From: the human T2T-CHM13v2.0 reference genome, Homo sapiens
NCBI RefSeq assembly: GCF_009914755.1
Contig: NC_060932.1
DNA length: 64,000 nucleotides
Reading direction: 5' to 3' (one strand)
Numbering within the stretch: position 1 is the stretch's first letter; each line of letters starts with the position of its first letter. Position numbers and translations under genes: made by a program. The notes beneath the pieces are model-generated. The model saw only the letters and a list, made by a program, of their open reading frames with translations, ran no database searches and was not told the origin of the DNA. Positions 13,905 to 26,742 of this stretch are shown here, piece by piece.

Positions 13905-14480
13905 CAATTTAGTCAATATTTACTAAGTACCTTCTAAGTGATAAGTATGACACCAGGACAAAGGGTGAACAAGGCACCTACCCTTATACTTTCTCCCTAA
14001 TGTGTGGAAATCAGGAATAAATAGGAAACATAATGCGATAAGCATAACATTACCGTAAGTACACTGAAACAACATCAATCGCAGACTGAGGGTCAGACAA
14101 GGCTTTCCGGAAGAAAACGTATTTCAGGTAAGAATGGAAGAAGGAAGCAATGTTAACAAAGTGAACGCTGGAGTGCTGAAGGTAGTCTACAAAAGAGGGA
14201 AGGGTGGGTTGGGCAAGAGGAAGAAAGAGGGAACATTGGACAGGTAGGCGGGGCAGATTGCAAATGGCCTGGCAGCCTTGCTAGTAAAATTACAATTTAT
14301 GCTTGGTAATCCATTATCAGATTTAAGTATGGAAAAATCTTCATTAAATTTGTATTTTAGAATGACAACTCCGGCTGTGATGTGGCGAATGAATGAGGTA
14401 GAGAGGGCTTGTACCTTTAAGAGCAGAAGACCAGTTAGAAGACTACTGTAGTCATCCATGAAGTGGACAGTGACAGCTTT
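13905..14480 (-). mobile_element. L2 fragment
   Basis: tatttactaagtacct...tttgtattttagaatgac...agaccagttagaagactactgtagtcatcca. Confidence 0.7.
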
Positions 14481-16125
14481 GATTTCAATTTGAAAAGCAG
14501 TGAGCCTGCTCCAATATTTTAAAAGTAAGTCTTCTTTCTATATTACAAGGATGGAGAGAAAAAAAGAATGTGTTTATCTTTGAGGAGTAAATTAACCTTG
14601 GCAAGGAAGAATTTCATATTGTGGGAATTGAGGCCACAAGCCTTAATTATTAAAATGGATCATTGCAACCTGATGATGGGGCAAAACTCTGTTCCAATTC
14701 TGAAGACCAGCAGTCCTAATCAAGATAGATCATGTTTGCAAGGCCAGGGCAGCTATTCCAGCCATGAACAGTCATGGCTTAATTCTAAATAGAAGAGGAT
14801 TTTAAAATAAGCCTTCTTGATACTCAAAATACTGGAATAGTCTATTTATTTGAAGTTTCCTCTTCAATTGTAAAAGCAATTGCCAAAATATCATCCAAGC
14901 TCCTGATTCTCCTGCCAATTCTTATGAGTTTTATGGTTGTGCAGTTGTTCCCATGCCAACCTAATTTTTTAAAATTATTATGAGGTCTAAATACTGGCAA
15001 GAAATGCCAAAGGGGGAACATAAGATCAAACAACGTGATTGCATTTTTGTGCAAATTCATCCAATACCTAGGCAAAATAATACAATTAAGATCTTTAAAA
15101 AATCAGGGAGGAAGGATATGTATTTACATGAAAGATCCAAAAATCTTGCTTCTAAAAGAAATCTGTACAAAATTTTATTTCATATGATAATACATTATGG
15201 CTATGAATTATGAAAAAAAACAATATGGGTATAAAAGTAGAGGAAATGCTTAAAGGTTATATATAGTAACCTTTTATGCACATTATGAAAAATAATTACA
15301 ATGCTACACTAAGATGAAGCTGCACAGATTTATATTCATTTTATGGATACTGACCCTTGTTTTACCATCTTCTTTGGCAAGCACTTTTTTTGTAATCCCC
15401 TAATTACTTCTTTAAAAACTCCTATCAGTAAAACAAAGGAGATGATCGAATTACAAAATAAAAATAACATTTTACTTTAGACTGAACAAGGAAAAACTCA
15501 AAATAATTGCTATATTTTTTGTTACAAGATTCTCAAAGCATTGATTTCTCTCTGCCTTTCTACACTCATCTACCCTTATGTATGTGGGACTATGTCCTCT
15601 CTGACCTGGACGCTGCAGTTCCAGACAGATATAGCAACTTCAGGCCACTTTTCTACAAAAAGTGGTGAATTCCTCCTGGGAAAGTATTAATTACCATCAA
15701 AGGCCTAAATTAAAAATACCCTTCTTTGTGAAAACTTCTCTGATCCTTCCAAAGAGAAATATTCTCTTCTTTATGCTTCTAATTATCTTACTTACTAACT
15801 TACTAGCTTTCGATTTGCAGGCTCACATGTAAATGCAAAATACCCTATTTTAATTTGCTATATTTTTTCATATACCCCAATATACTCTGGAATATATCTC
15901 AATGATTAGATAGAATAGTTATGTAAAAATAATACTGATATATGTACTTTATAAACTCATGTTTTATAATAAATGACTGTTCATTACCATGAAGTACTAT
16001 GTCTACAGTATGTATACCATAATCTGATACTTAAAAAGTATGCAATGATTACCTTTAACTTCCATAAACTTTTACAAGTTTGTTTCATTTGATTAAGCTT
16101 CAGCACATGGTAAAGAAAATTTCAG

Positions 16126-16517
<392 letters not shown>

Positions 16518-16659
16518 TTAATAACTACAAGTAGAAAATTTATACTATTTATATCTACAGAGATATGATTATATTTAGGAATAGTGTCCAAATGCATGGA
16601 TTTATACTAAACTCTACCCGTTATTCCATAGAAAAAGATTTTTTAAAATAAGCTTCGGA

Positions 16660-17210
16660 TTCATTAATTAATTTAGTGACCACACATTGATAATCTATCA
16701 GCAGGGCATTGTGAAAGCAAAAACACGGGGAATACAAACTGGAATAAGAATGGATCCCTCCCCTCAAATAGTTCTTGTGTGTTGGAGTAGACAGGAACAG
16801 GAACAGATAAATTCATCATGGAAGAACTGATGTGAAACGGAGGTAAATACAAGGTCTAGCAAGGTTGCAATGGTGACAATGGCCAACTTTACCTGGGAAA
16901 GTCGGAGAAAATGCCCAGTGTTGGGTAGAAATTCACCAGGACAATGAGTTGAGGCACAACAGGAAGAGTGAACAGTGTGTACAGAGGCACCGAGACTTAA
17001 AAAGTGTGGCTCATTTGAGCAACTGCCTGTGGCTAAGGATGACTGAAGCATTGGGCACATGGGGGAGAAAAGTGGGAGATAATAGCCAATTTGACAGAGG
17101 TCAGACCTCTACTCTAGGGAAGCTCTTTGGACTGCATCTTGTGGGAAGGACATGGAGACTGAGACCAGGGGGAAGAGAGGCCAGAGAGTAGACTGTGCTC
17201 ATGGTCTAAA
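16660..17210 (-). mobile_element. L2 fragment
   Basis: ttcattaattaattt...ggcattgtg...gaataaga...ccctcaa reversed L2 3' region. Confidence 0.55.
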
Positions 17211-17493
17211 GAGACAGCCCTTCATTAAGCATCTCTTTGACGTCCATGCACGTGTCTAGACACATTCTAAGTATTGCATTCTGTAGTTTTAGAAATTGGC
17301 TGGAATGCATAAGGATTTAAAAGGATGACACTTCACTTTAAGATTTAGGTTTTAAATTGCCAAATATATATTGAATGCTGATCATGTATGAGACACCATT
17401 TTTAAGAACTATAGGGTAGTCAAAGAGGTACAGGCTACAACTATTATCCCCTAAGACATCTAACCCTGATGTAAAAAGTAGAAACATCTATAG

Positions 17494-17494
<1 letters not shown>

Positions 17495-17544
<50 letters not shown>

Positions 17545-17550
17545 CATACA
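17495..17550. repeat. (CA)n microsatellite
   Basis: Long CA run with one interruption. Confidence 0.97.
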
Positions 17551-18561
17551 TGGCATACCAGGATAGGCGTTATACTATAATTACAACTAAGTGATATGAG
17601 ACAGCATTCAGCAGAGCAATCTTGTGAAATACCATTCCGTGTCCTGTATAAATATTTCAAATTTAAATAACGTAACTCAGGACTTACTAGACCAGATATA
17701 GAGAGCAGTTCTGGGGTATTGCAACATTTAAATTCATCTTTGGGAACTGTTACAGGAGGTTGGGAAAATAATATGTTTTCTTCACACACATAAAATTTTT
17801 ACAAATATTCTTGTGAATTAACAAAACAAAACAAGATTTTTCTTGTTTTGAAAAAGAGGACAGCCTTTATATTTATATATTATCAGCACTTCTTGGATAT
17901 TTTTTCAATTTTAAAGTAACTTAAGGAAAGTAAATGGTAAACCATCTGCAATTCATTTATAAAAGTCTCCCTCTTGCATATAGATTATACTCCATATGTG
18001 GAATAAAAATAATTCAATATTCAACATTAATGTTATCAACACAAAATAAATAGAAAAGAAATTCCAAAGGAGAGAAACCTAAAAGAACCTAATTTTTACA
18101 TTTCCAGTTTTGACATGTAATTTTTCAAGCCTTACAATCCTTTAATACAGCTATTTATATTCTATTTCCTTCCTAAATTTAACTATGCTTTCCCCATATG
18201 AGACTCAGGATGCTGACCTATAAAACAAAAAGAAATTCCAAAGAATATAGTACGGAAATAATAGAGGTTCATGATGTACTATGCTATTATTCAGGCTGAA
18301 AATAAATTGGTTTTCTTTAAGAAGAGACCCTTTTTTAAAGATACCATGTGCCAACATCTGTCCTCTTTTTTTTCACATCCCCTCATTCCACAAGAGCTGG
18401 ACCACATTGACGATCCAGAGTCTAGGATCAATTTCATCCACTGGTGGGAAGAAGAGTTATTTTCAGTGCTCTCCCACATATCTCCAATGTGTTAATTCAG
18501 CTCCCGGTGATGTCTTGGTTACTCTAAATGGAAATGCTGGGTTCCCAAAACCAAGACTCAC

Positions 18562-18870
18562 CTTATAAGCTTTGAGATTTGGGGCCCATTTATTCTCAGC
18601 ATTTTACCTCTGAGGAATGAAGTCTTGTCTCTGAACTCCAGCCCATGCCTCAGCTCCCACTGCTGGGGATAAATATTCCTTATGCAGACGTTTTGCAGGC
18701 CTGCCTGCCTGGCTGAGCTCAGCACGCCATCTGTTCTGGGACTCCCCTTCACTAAGCTCTGATTGTCCCTCCAGACTCTCCATTTAGTCCTTGGTGCTCT
18801 GACACCAACTGCTATTCTGCACTCTCTCACTGCTGGTGACAAGGTTGAATCTCAGAAGCGCCCTGTGATC
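18562..18870 (-). other. Candidate non-coding exon
   Basis: Minus strand ttaac..tatactgtattccag|GATC ... TAAG|gtgagt; no frame open across the whole exon. Confidence 0.35.
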
Positions 18871-18907
18871 CTGGAATACAGTATAAGTTAATAAATCCTC
18901 CCATAGT

Positions 18908-19404
18908 TTGTGTTCTGTGAAATGGCTTACTGCAAAGAAACACATGTCCCCACAAAACTTAGATAAGAAACAGATGCACTCCTTTACCTATGACAAGGCC
19001 ACAACACAGATCCTTCAAATTTCCATTCTTGGCCTCAGAAATGACAAATTGATCAATCAGAACAAAATGCAAAATTCTCTCCTTCCCCTTAGACTGCTGA
19101 ACTTTACACACAACCTCTGGAGAATAAGCTGATTTCAGAATAAAACATTCTCTTCTCTGCTGTCTGATCATACCACCATTCCTCACCCACCTCCCCAAAC
19201 TTGGTGAATTCCAGCCATGTTTACCTCTCCCTGTAAAAGAAAATCTGTCTTTTGCTCAACTTTTGAGACCTACCAGATCTCATAGTGGAAGCTATCTCCC
19301 TATTATCTTCCTCCACCTATAATCATCCCTTTCACCACTCTTGTAATAATCCTTTCAAATAAAGTATCTTCTTCTTTCAGTCCAAATTTCCTTTTTATTT
19401 GACA
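18908..19404 (+). mobile_element. MER34/MER39-like ERV1 solo LTR
   Basis: aatggcttactgca, cttagataag, aataaagt, terminal ttttatttgaca. Confidence 0.6.
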
Positions 19405-21404
19405 CTGGTCAGTGAGCTTTCTGTCTGCATAACTGAAGTGGCTGACTTTTTCCTATTGCCTGGAGTAGTTTTTGTCTCGCACTACCCCTAATCGCGTCTA
19501 TTAATGTCCACACTTTCTTTTGCAACCACACCCAGATACCACTCCCTACACCCTTCCAATCTTTCTTTCAAAGCTTGCCACAGTTAACACTTAGAGTCTA
19601 TGCACCACAAGTTATTATTATATTAGCCTTCCTATCCTCAAACTCATTCAATTCATAACATTTTTAGTCAAAGATCTAGAAAGTAACATCCAAACTGTTT
19701 AACTAAAATTCTTCCAAGATGCCTCCATCTTATTGCCATCAAATGTCCTCTCATCTCACACATCCACAATGGAAAGCTTTTAAGAAATTTGTCAGAAACT
19801 CACAAGCAAGGAAAGAAATAGCACTGGAAAATGTTTCTTATTACTTGAGAAAAGTGCTTGATAACCAGCCATGCATGGGAACAGCATCATTGAAATAGAG
19901 GCGTGTAAGTGCACTCAAGCCACAAGGTCCCGTTCGGGTAAAGTCAGAGAAGCATTTGCAAAAAAAAAAAAAAAAAAAAAATCACAGTTCTTCCTTCAAT
20001 TTCCTGGTAAAAACACACAGATTAAATGGAACTCTCTTTGCAGGAAGTTGCCATGCTTCAAATGACATAGAAAATTAGCTAGGAAGCAGTGAGCACCCTT
20101 CTGCTCCACGTCCTCTGTGTCCTCAGACAGTCACCACCACCGACAGCCTTGTTTTATGAAGTCGGATAAATATACTCCCACATATGCATATATACATATA
20201 CATATGTATATATTTAGTAATCTCAGTATTTTAAAAATGACATTGGTGATGCATCCTGTATGACTAAGTAGGCCAAAAAATATGAGTTGTTCTTTTCTCT
20301 CTTCTAATCAGAATGAGGCATCCTATTTTGGTCGATTTTGGTGTTATCTGTAATGATATTTGAGGCCCTTCTCTATCGGGAGGTTTTGGCATTTCTTAAA
20401 GGAATGTGTTGGCTCACTCACTACACTCTGTTCTTGCTGCTCCTAAAGGCTCCTGGCGAGCTGCAAAAACTGAGCTGTGCAGCAAGGCTGTGGTGTGATG
20501 GCTAAGTGGCCGTGCAATGTTTCATTACCATAAGGATGCCAATATAGGGGGAAGCCACTTGACGGGAAGTAATCTGCAGGCTCAGCACTTGGTGCAATGG
20601 CCCACATATCTACCCAGTGTGCTGAAATTCCAGCAAGGGAAATGAATGCACTAAAAAGAAATGCAAATGAGAAAAATTAATAAACACACGATTACCAAAA
20701 GAATTTTGTAGCAAATACATACAGGAAATGTTCTATATCCACAGTAAATAAATATTACAGGAAGCTAAACTGCACTAAGCTAAACAGTTTTTAGAAATGC
20801 TCCTCATCCCAGCAGGCTGGCATTCCGTGTTTAAAACGGATGTGTCACTTCAGTTAAATTATCACTCGTTTATTTACTTCAGTCTCTTTCAATGTCTGTT
20901 ACTTTAAGAATAAATGATATAATGAGGCTGTGTCAATTCTGATGAAAGTATTTTCCACCATCATCAAATATTGTAAATAATTGTAAGCATTACAAGCAGT
21001 GATTCCATGCCAAAATTATGCATACTACCTAAGACTATATGCCTATGTTTTCTGAATATTCATCACCTGGGTATACAGAAGGGATATGAATGACAAAATC
21101 ACTACAAAATCTATAAAGTTGAAGATAATGTTTTTTCACAATATTCTTAACACATCCCCATCCATTTTATATTATTTATTGAGCATTTACTATGTGTTGA
21201 CCATTGTGCTAGATACGGGGCTTACAAAAATGAATGAACTCAGCAGCCTGTAGTTTCAAATGAAGTTACTAGGATTTTTTTCAAAATGCTATCTATAAGC
21301 AAGCTGAGGAAGCATCAAGATTTACTTCCAAATATTTGAAAAATGATTACCAAGTAGAGTGACACATTAAGTTATTAACTAATGACTTAAATAAGGTGCT
21401 TCAG

Positions 21405-21762
21405 TGATATCGTTTGTCTGTGTCCCCACCCAAATGTCATCTTGAATTGTAGCTGCCAGGATTCTCATGTGCTGTGGGAAGGGCCCAGTGGGAGATAACT
21501 GAACCATCAGGATGGTTTCTCCCATACTGTTCTCATGGTAGTAAGTCTCATGAGATCTGATGGTCTTATAAGGGGTTTCCCCTTTCACTTGGCTCTCATT
21601 CTCTCTTGCCTGCCGCCATGTGAGACATGCCTTTCACTTTCTACGATGATTGTGAAGCCCTGCCAGCCACGTGGAACTGTGAGTCCATTAAACCTCTTTT
21701 CCTTTATAAATTACCCAGTCTTGGATATGTCTTTATCAGCAGTGTGAAAATGGACTAATACA
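21405..21762 (+). mobile_element. THE1 (B/C-like) solo LTR
   Basis: tgatat..tttg.ctgtgtccccacccaaat ... attaaacctctt ... ggactaataca. Confidence 0.93.
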
Positions 21763-22989
21763 CTAAGGAAGTTCCAAATATATCTTATGCGTACAATCAA
21801 ATGATATTTTATTTTTATGTCCAAATAAAGTGAAATCATAAATATTCTGGGTCTTTTTTATATTTTAGCCAAAGACATCCCGATTTCTGTGAGTCAGCTA
21901 AGTATGTTAGCGCGGCATCTTCTCAAGGAAAAGTTTTTTCCTGCAGAACAGTTATTGAGTCCCCTAATAGCTACCAGCTCTGTTCATCATTTATGCCACC
22001 AAAGGCCAAACTCCTCCTTATCCCATGAAACTAGCCATGAGGCTGGCACAGGGAATGGCTAAAAAAACATCTTGAGAAGAATAAATATAGTTTTGGTGGA
22101 GGTGAAATGTGTTTCTCAGCCTGAAAGGTCTGCAAGCTCTTCATCTTTCCTATTTCATGATAAGACATCAACAAATACCCTTTTATGAAATGAATGTTTG
22201 CATGATAATTACTAAGCAACTCTTATTTGTAACAGAGCTAAGCAATTTAACACCTTCCAGCCATTTTCTAGAACAAATGTATAATCATAATTCTTTCAAT
22301 GCATTGGTGGAAGTACATAAAAGCCCCTGGAAATTGTTCATTTTGCTTACTTAAAGCCATTAGCTCAGTTAATTACAAGTCATTGTCTTGCTATTATTTT
22401 TTTCATACAGTTTCTTTCCACATTGCCATTTATTTAGCAAGAACCACACACAATGGAGTTAAAGAGATTTAAAAGTGATTGGAAAAGAGCACACTAGAAG
22501 TCCCACATTCCTCAGACCCGCAGCATCATAATCTTTTACTTGCCTGTAGACACTGTGTATGTAATGCCGGTTTGCCTGAGTCCACTGTCTTCACAGCACA
22601 AGAAGATGTTTATCATCAGACTATGGAGTCTAACACCTCAATCTCCCCTTATACCAAATTTTCCTGTTCTTACAGCCGCCATCACATGCCTCATGGAGAT
22701 ACAATAGGCAAAGCATGAATGAATAGATGCATGCATGAAAACCAGTGGAAGGTTTACATGAGAGGGAAGACATATGAAATCAGATTTTTAAATTATCATT
22801 TTAATCCACTTATGCTAATTTTGGGAGTACTGTGGGTTTCTTGACTAATAATTTAACCAGAAAGACTTTGTAACAGTGACTTTCTCCATAGACTCTAAAA
22901 AATTTAACGAGTTGTGAGAGCAATTGGTAAATATTGAGGAATTTTGAAAGCCAGTTGCTACATTTTTGGTAGCTTGAGATTAGTCATTA

Positions 22990-23448
<459 letters not shown>

Positions 23449-24946
23449 TTACCTAATTTCCCAAGTAACAAGATCATGATGTGCCTTTTACATTTTCTGT
23501 CCATATTCTTTTGGTATGTGTTTTTGATAAACTCTTCTTCTTAGAGTTATAAATGTAACACAAGTATTAGCCACTTTGTAAGTCAGTACTTGTTTTCATA
23601 AGTCCAAAAACTGCCCTCAAACATCAGTGAAGCTAGCAAGCAAGCAATATCCTCCCTATCTCTACAGGTCATGATTTCATAGCCCTCAGTGAAAATCTTT
23701 CTCAGCCTACGTCTTTTCTGGCTGAAAAAGTCGATTTTAGACTCTCGTTATCTTCCCTGCTCTTCCTCACAGTTCTTTTTACTCACTCTTCTCTGGGACT
23801 CTTTCAGTCAGTCTTTTCTTAAATACTGTAGTCAGATTCATTTGCAGTATCTCACTTGTAGGAGAAAACAAAATCTGCCACATAACCACAGTAAACTGAT
23901 GTCTTTTACTCTCTTATGTTTACTTATGAATAATGCCCATGTAATTTAACAAAAATGACAACAGTAAGACAGAACCAAAGTCTTCACAACAAACGAAGAT
24001 AATAAGAGTAGACCATATCAGAAGAGATTAGTAGTTGAAGTTTATATTAGCTCTGAGCAGAAAATGAGCCTAATGAGATTCTTAATTTCAGATTTGTGAA
24101 AAAAACAAGTGTTAAAACCACTTAACAATGATCCTTTGCTAATTTTTGAGGGAAGTCTATTTTTCTTAGTAAGCCTGGTATTAGGCATCTATTTCAATGT
24201 TCTGTTTTTAATATTATCAATGAAAGAAAAATTATTCTGAGAAATTAATATTAACTCTATTAATATTAACGATTTATCAGCTTAAGTATGTGCTGATTAA
24301 GACACTTAATAAAATACTTGATTAAGGCAGATGACTGAGGCCACTTAATTCTGTATTTTGCCTTTATAAGGCTATTTAATAAATATTTAAGCATCCTTTA
24401 AAAATCAAGCTTTATCTTTACACTACCTTTCCCTTTACAGTAAAAACAAACAAACAAAAATCATTATCATACCAGCTGGAAAAGGTTAACTTTCATAGGT
24501 AGTATCATCTCATAAACATAACTTTGGTATTTAAATGTAAATATACAATAGGAGCATTAGGTCTTTTTTTTTTTTTTGTTTCTTTACTTCCAATAATTTG
24601 ATTTTAAACCTTAAAGCCTAAACTAAATTACATGGTCAAAAAATTACCAGAGAATCTAATTTAAGCTATATGCCCAAGGGTACATTCACTGAGCAATTAC
24701 AACCTCCAAGCAAAAGGTATTCCCTAACTGAACAATGAGCGGTATACTCATATTGAAAAATAGCGCATTTTTTTTCCTTTTATATAATAAAATCCTTTCA
24801 ATTTTAGGATATCACTTTAAGCGCAGAAATAACTGATCACAAACTTTGAAGAACTCTCAATGTAGCATGTACTCCTTGCATAATTGTGCAAGATTTAAGC
24901 ATACACAGCTGATTCTATGCAAGACGAGTCACCAAAAAGCCCAATT

Positions 24947-25052
24947 CAGAGTTTCTCAAGTTATTTCCTATGACACACTTGTGTTTGACAAAATACTACA
25001 GAGAATATTCCAGAAAGGATGCAGTAATGATCAAATGAGTTTGGAAAACTGT
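24947..25052. mobile_element. Short hAT-Charlie-like MITE fragment
   Basis: cagagtttctcaag...agtttggaaaactg terminal inverted motif. Confidence 0.35.
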
Positions 25053-25850
25053 GTAACAGAAAGAAAAATATCTCAGAACTTTTAATATATGAGTATGCTT
25101 TTTTTTGATCATTACGGAATCATTATGCATTACTTCTGAAACACGTTTGAATGTTAAACAGTTTGCTTTCAACATCTTAGTTTTTGAAAGACAATAGTTT
25201 TTCAAGCAATGTTGTTTCAAAATGTGGTTACTCTAAGCGTTAGCTACCAATTTGCTAGACTTTTGCTCTTCAGTTGCTACATTTGAGTGATTTGAGTTCA
25301 TTTAGGCATCTTCATATCTGAAATGCTGTCCTAAATATGGTTCCCTACAGCTTTCAGGCTGAGAAAAATTATATGCAACTTTATTTCTTGAGTTTTGACC
25401 CTTTCTAAATTATAGATAAATTATGGTTCTGAGCATTCAGTTCACCATTTATTTTTCTGTGCTATTAAGTAGATCAATGTATTCCCCTAAAGGCAAATAC
25501 TCTATTTCTAACAACACTTTCTACCTAAAATATTGCTGAAAACTTTTGGGTAAATGAACGAGTCAGAAAAAGCAGAGTTGCTGAAATTGGCTCATTTTCA
25601 CTGATTTTGTATTTTAATCTGGCTTTTCATTTGAAAAGAGAGCTACAGAATGATGTTAAATGAAAAATGACATTCCATAATTCTTCCATTCACATTTTCC
25701 TAGCACATGAAGAAAACAAAGTCACCTTGTCAAAAAGACTCGGCATCTCATTAAAATGTGTAGAAATCTCTACATGCTGTTTTCTACATATTTACCAACT
25801 CTAATAGATGGAGCTGCATTTTGAGCAAGAACGTTTTTCTGTCTTTACAG

Positions 25851-25916
25851 AGTAAGCAGTGGACTTCTACAAATTCTGGAGGCTCTTAGAAATTGTGGCT
25901 CTGTATTTTGATTAAG
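25851..25916 (+). other. Candidate 66-nt non-coding exon
   Basis: tttttctgtctttacag|AGT ... AAG|gtaagt consensus sites; stops in all three frames. Confidence 0.45.
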
Positions 25917-25958
25917 GTAAGTAAGCAAGTCAAACAGTGTTTAGACTGTGTGTAGTAC

Positions 25959-26468
25959 TGATGCCGGGCAGGCAAGCCCCAGAACTGGGGCTTGGCCTGG
26001 GATGGTTCTTGGCCTATCCCAGGAAATAATTCGAGGGTGAGCCGGTGGGGTTAGACAGCAACTTTTATTGAAGTGGTACTGACCAGCAGCAGCAGAGGGA
26101 TTGCTCCTTGAGGAGCAGGGCTACCCCATCCATAAGCAGTATGCCCAAAGTAGCAGCTCAGGGGCAGTTGCACAGGCATATTTATACCTACTTTTAATTA
26201 TATGCAAATTAAGGAGATTATGCAGAACTTTCTTTTAAAAAACGGTGGTAACTTTCAGGTTATCGGGTCATTGCCATGGAAAGGGGCAACAGCTTCTAGG
26301 TGTTGACAGGGCAATGGTAAACTGACATAGGACACTGGTGGGCATGGCTTATGGAAAGCTCCTTCTGTCCCATCCCTGTTTTAGCTGGTCCTCAATTTGG
26401 TCCAGGGTCCAAGACCCACCTCTGGAGTCAAGCCCCACCTCCTGAGTAGAGTCCTGCCTCCTACCTCA
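25959..26468 (-). mobile_element. MER66-like ERV1 solo LTR
   Basis: Minus strand TGAGGTAGGAGGCAGGAC...GCATCA; TATA, octamer, AATAAA; perfect 4-bp TSD GTAC. Confidence 0.8.
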
Positions 26469-26742
26469 GTACCCTGCTCAGGATCATTTTGTATGCACCA
26501 TGATTATTTAAACTTTCTGTGCCTCAACTGGCCCCTTGTAACAGGCAATGAGTTTATTGGATGGTTCATGCTTTAAGCCATGAGATGGCATTCTAGTGAT
26601 AGGAGAGCTTCAGGTGCCCTGATCTGAATAGCAGGTGTCACTCCAGCATACTTGATAAGAGGCATGAGCTTACAGATGACTTATTTGAGTTGACAAAGTA
26701 GGAGAGACTGTGGGGAGGTGGGTAATTGTCAGGGAAGGGCAT

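Noticed and set aside
14668-14706. TGATGA...CTGA box C/D-like pair
   Set aside because: Only ~33 nt span and no terminal stem; too short for a snoRNA
19960-19981. Orphan poly-A runs (also 12163, 39650) as processed-pseudogene tails
   Set aside because: No upstream ORF homology or flanking TSD found
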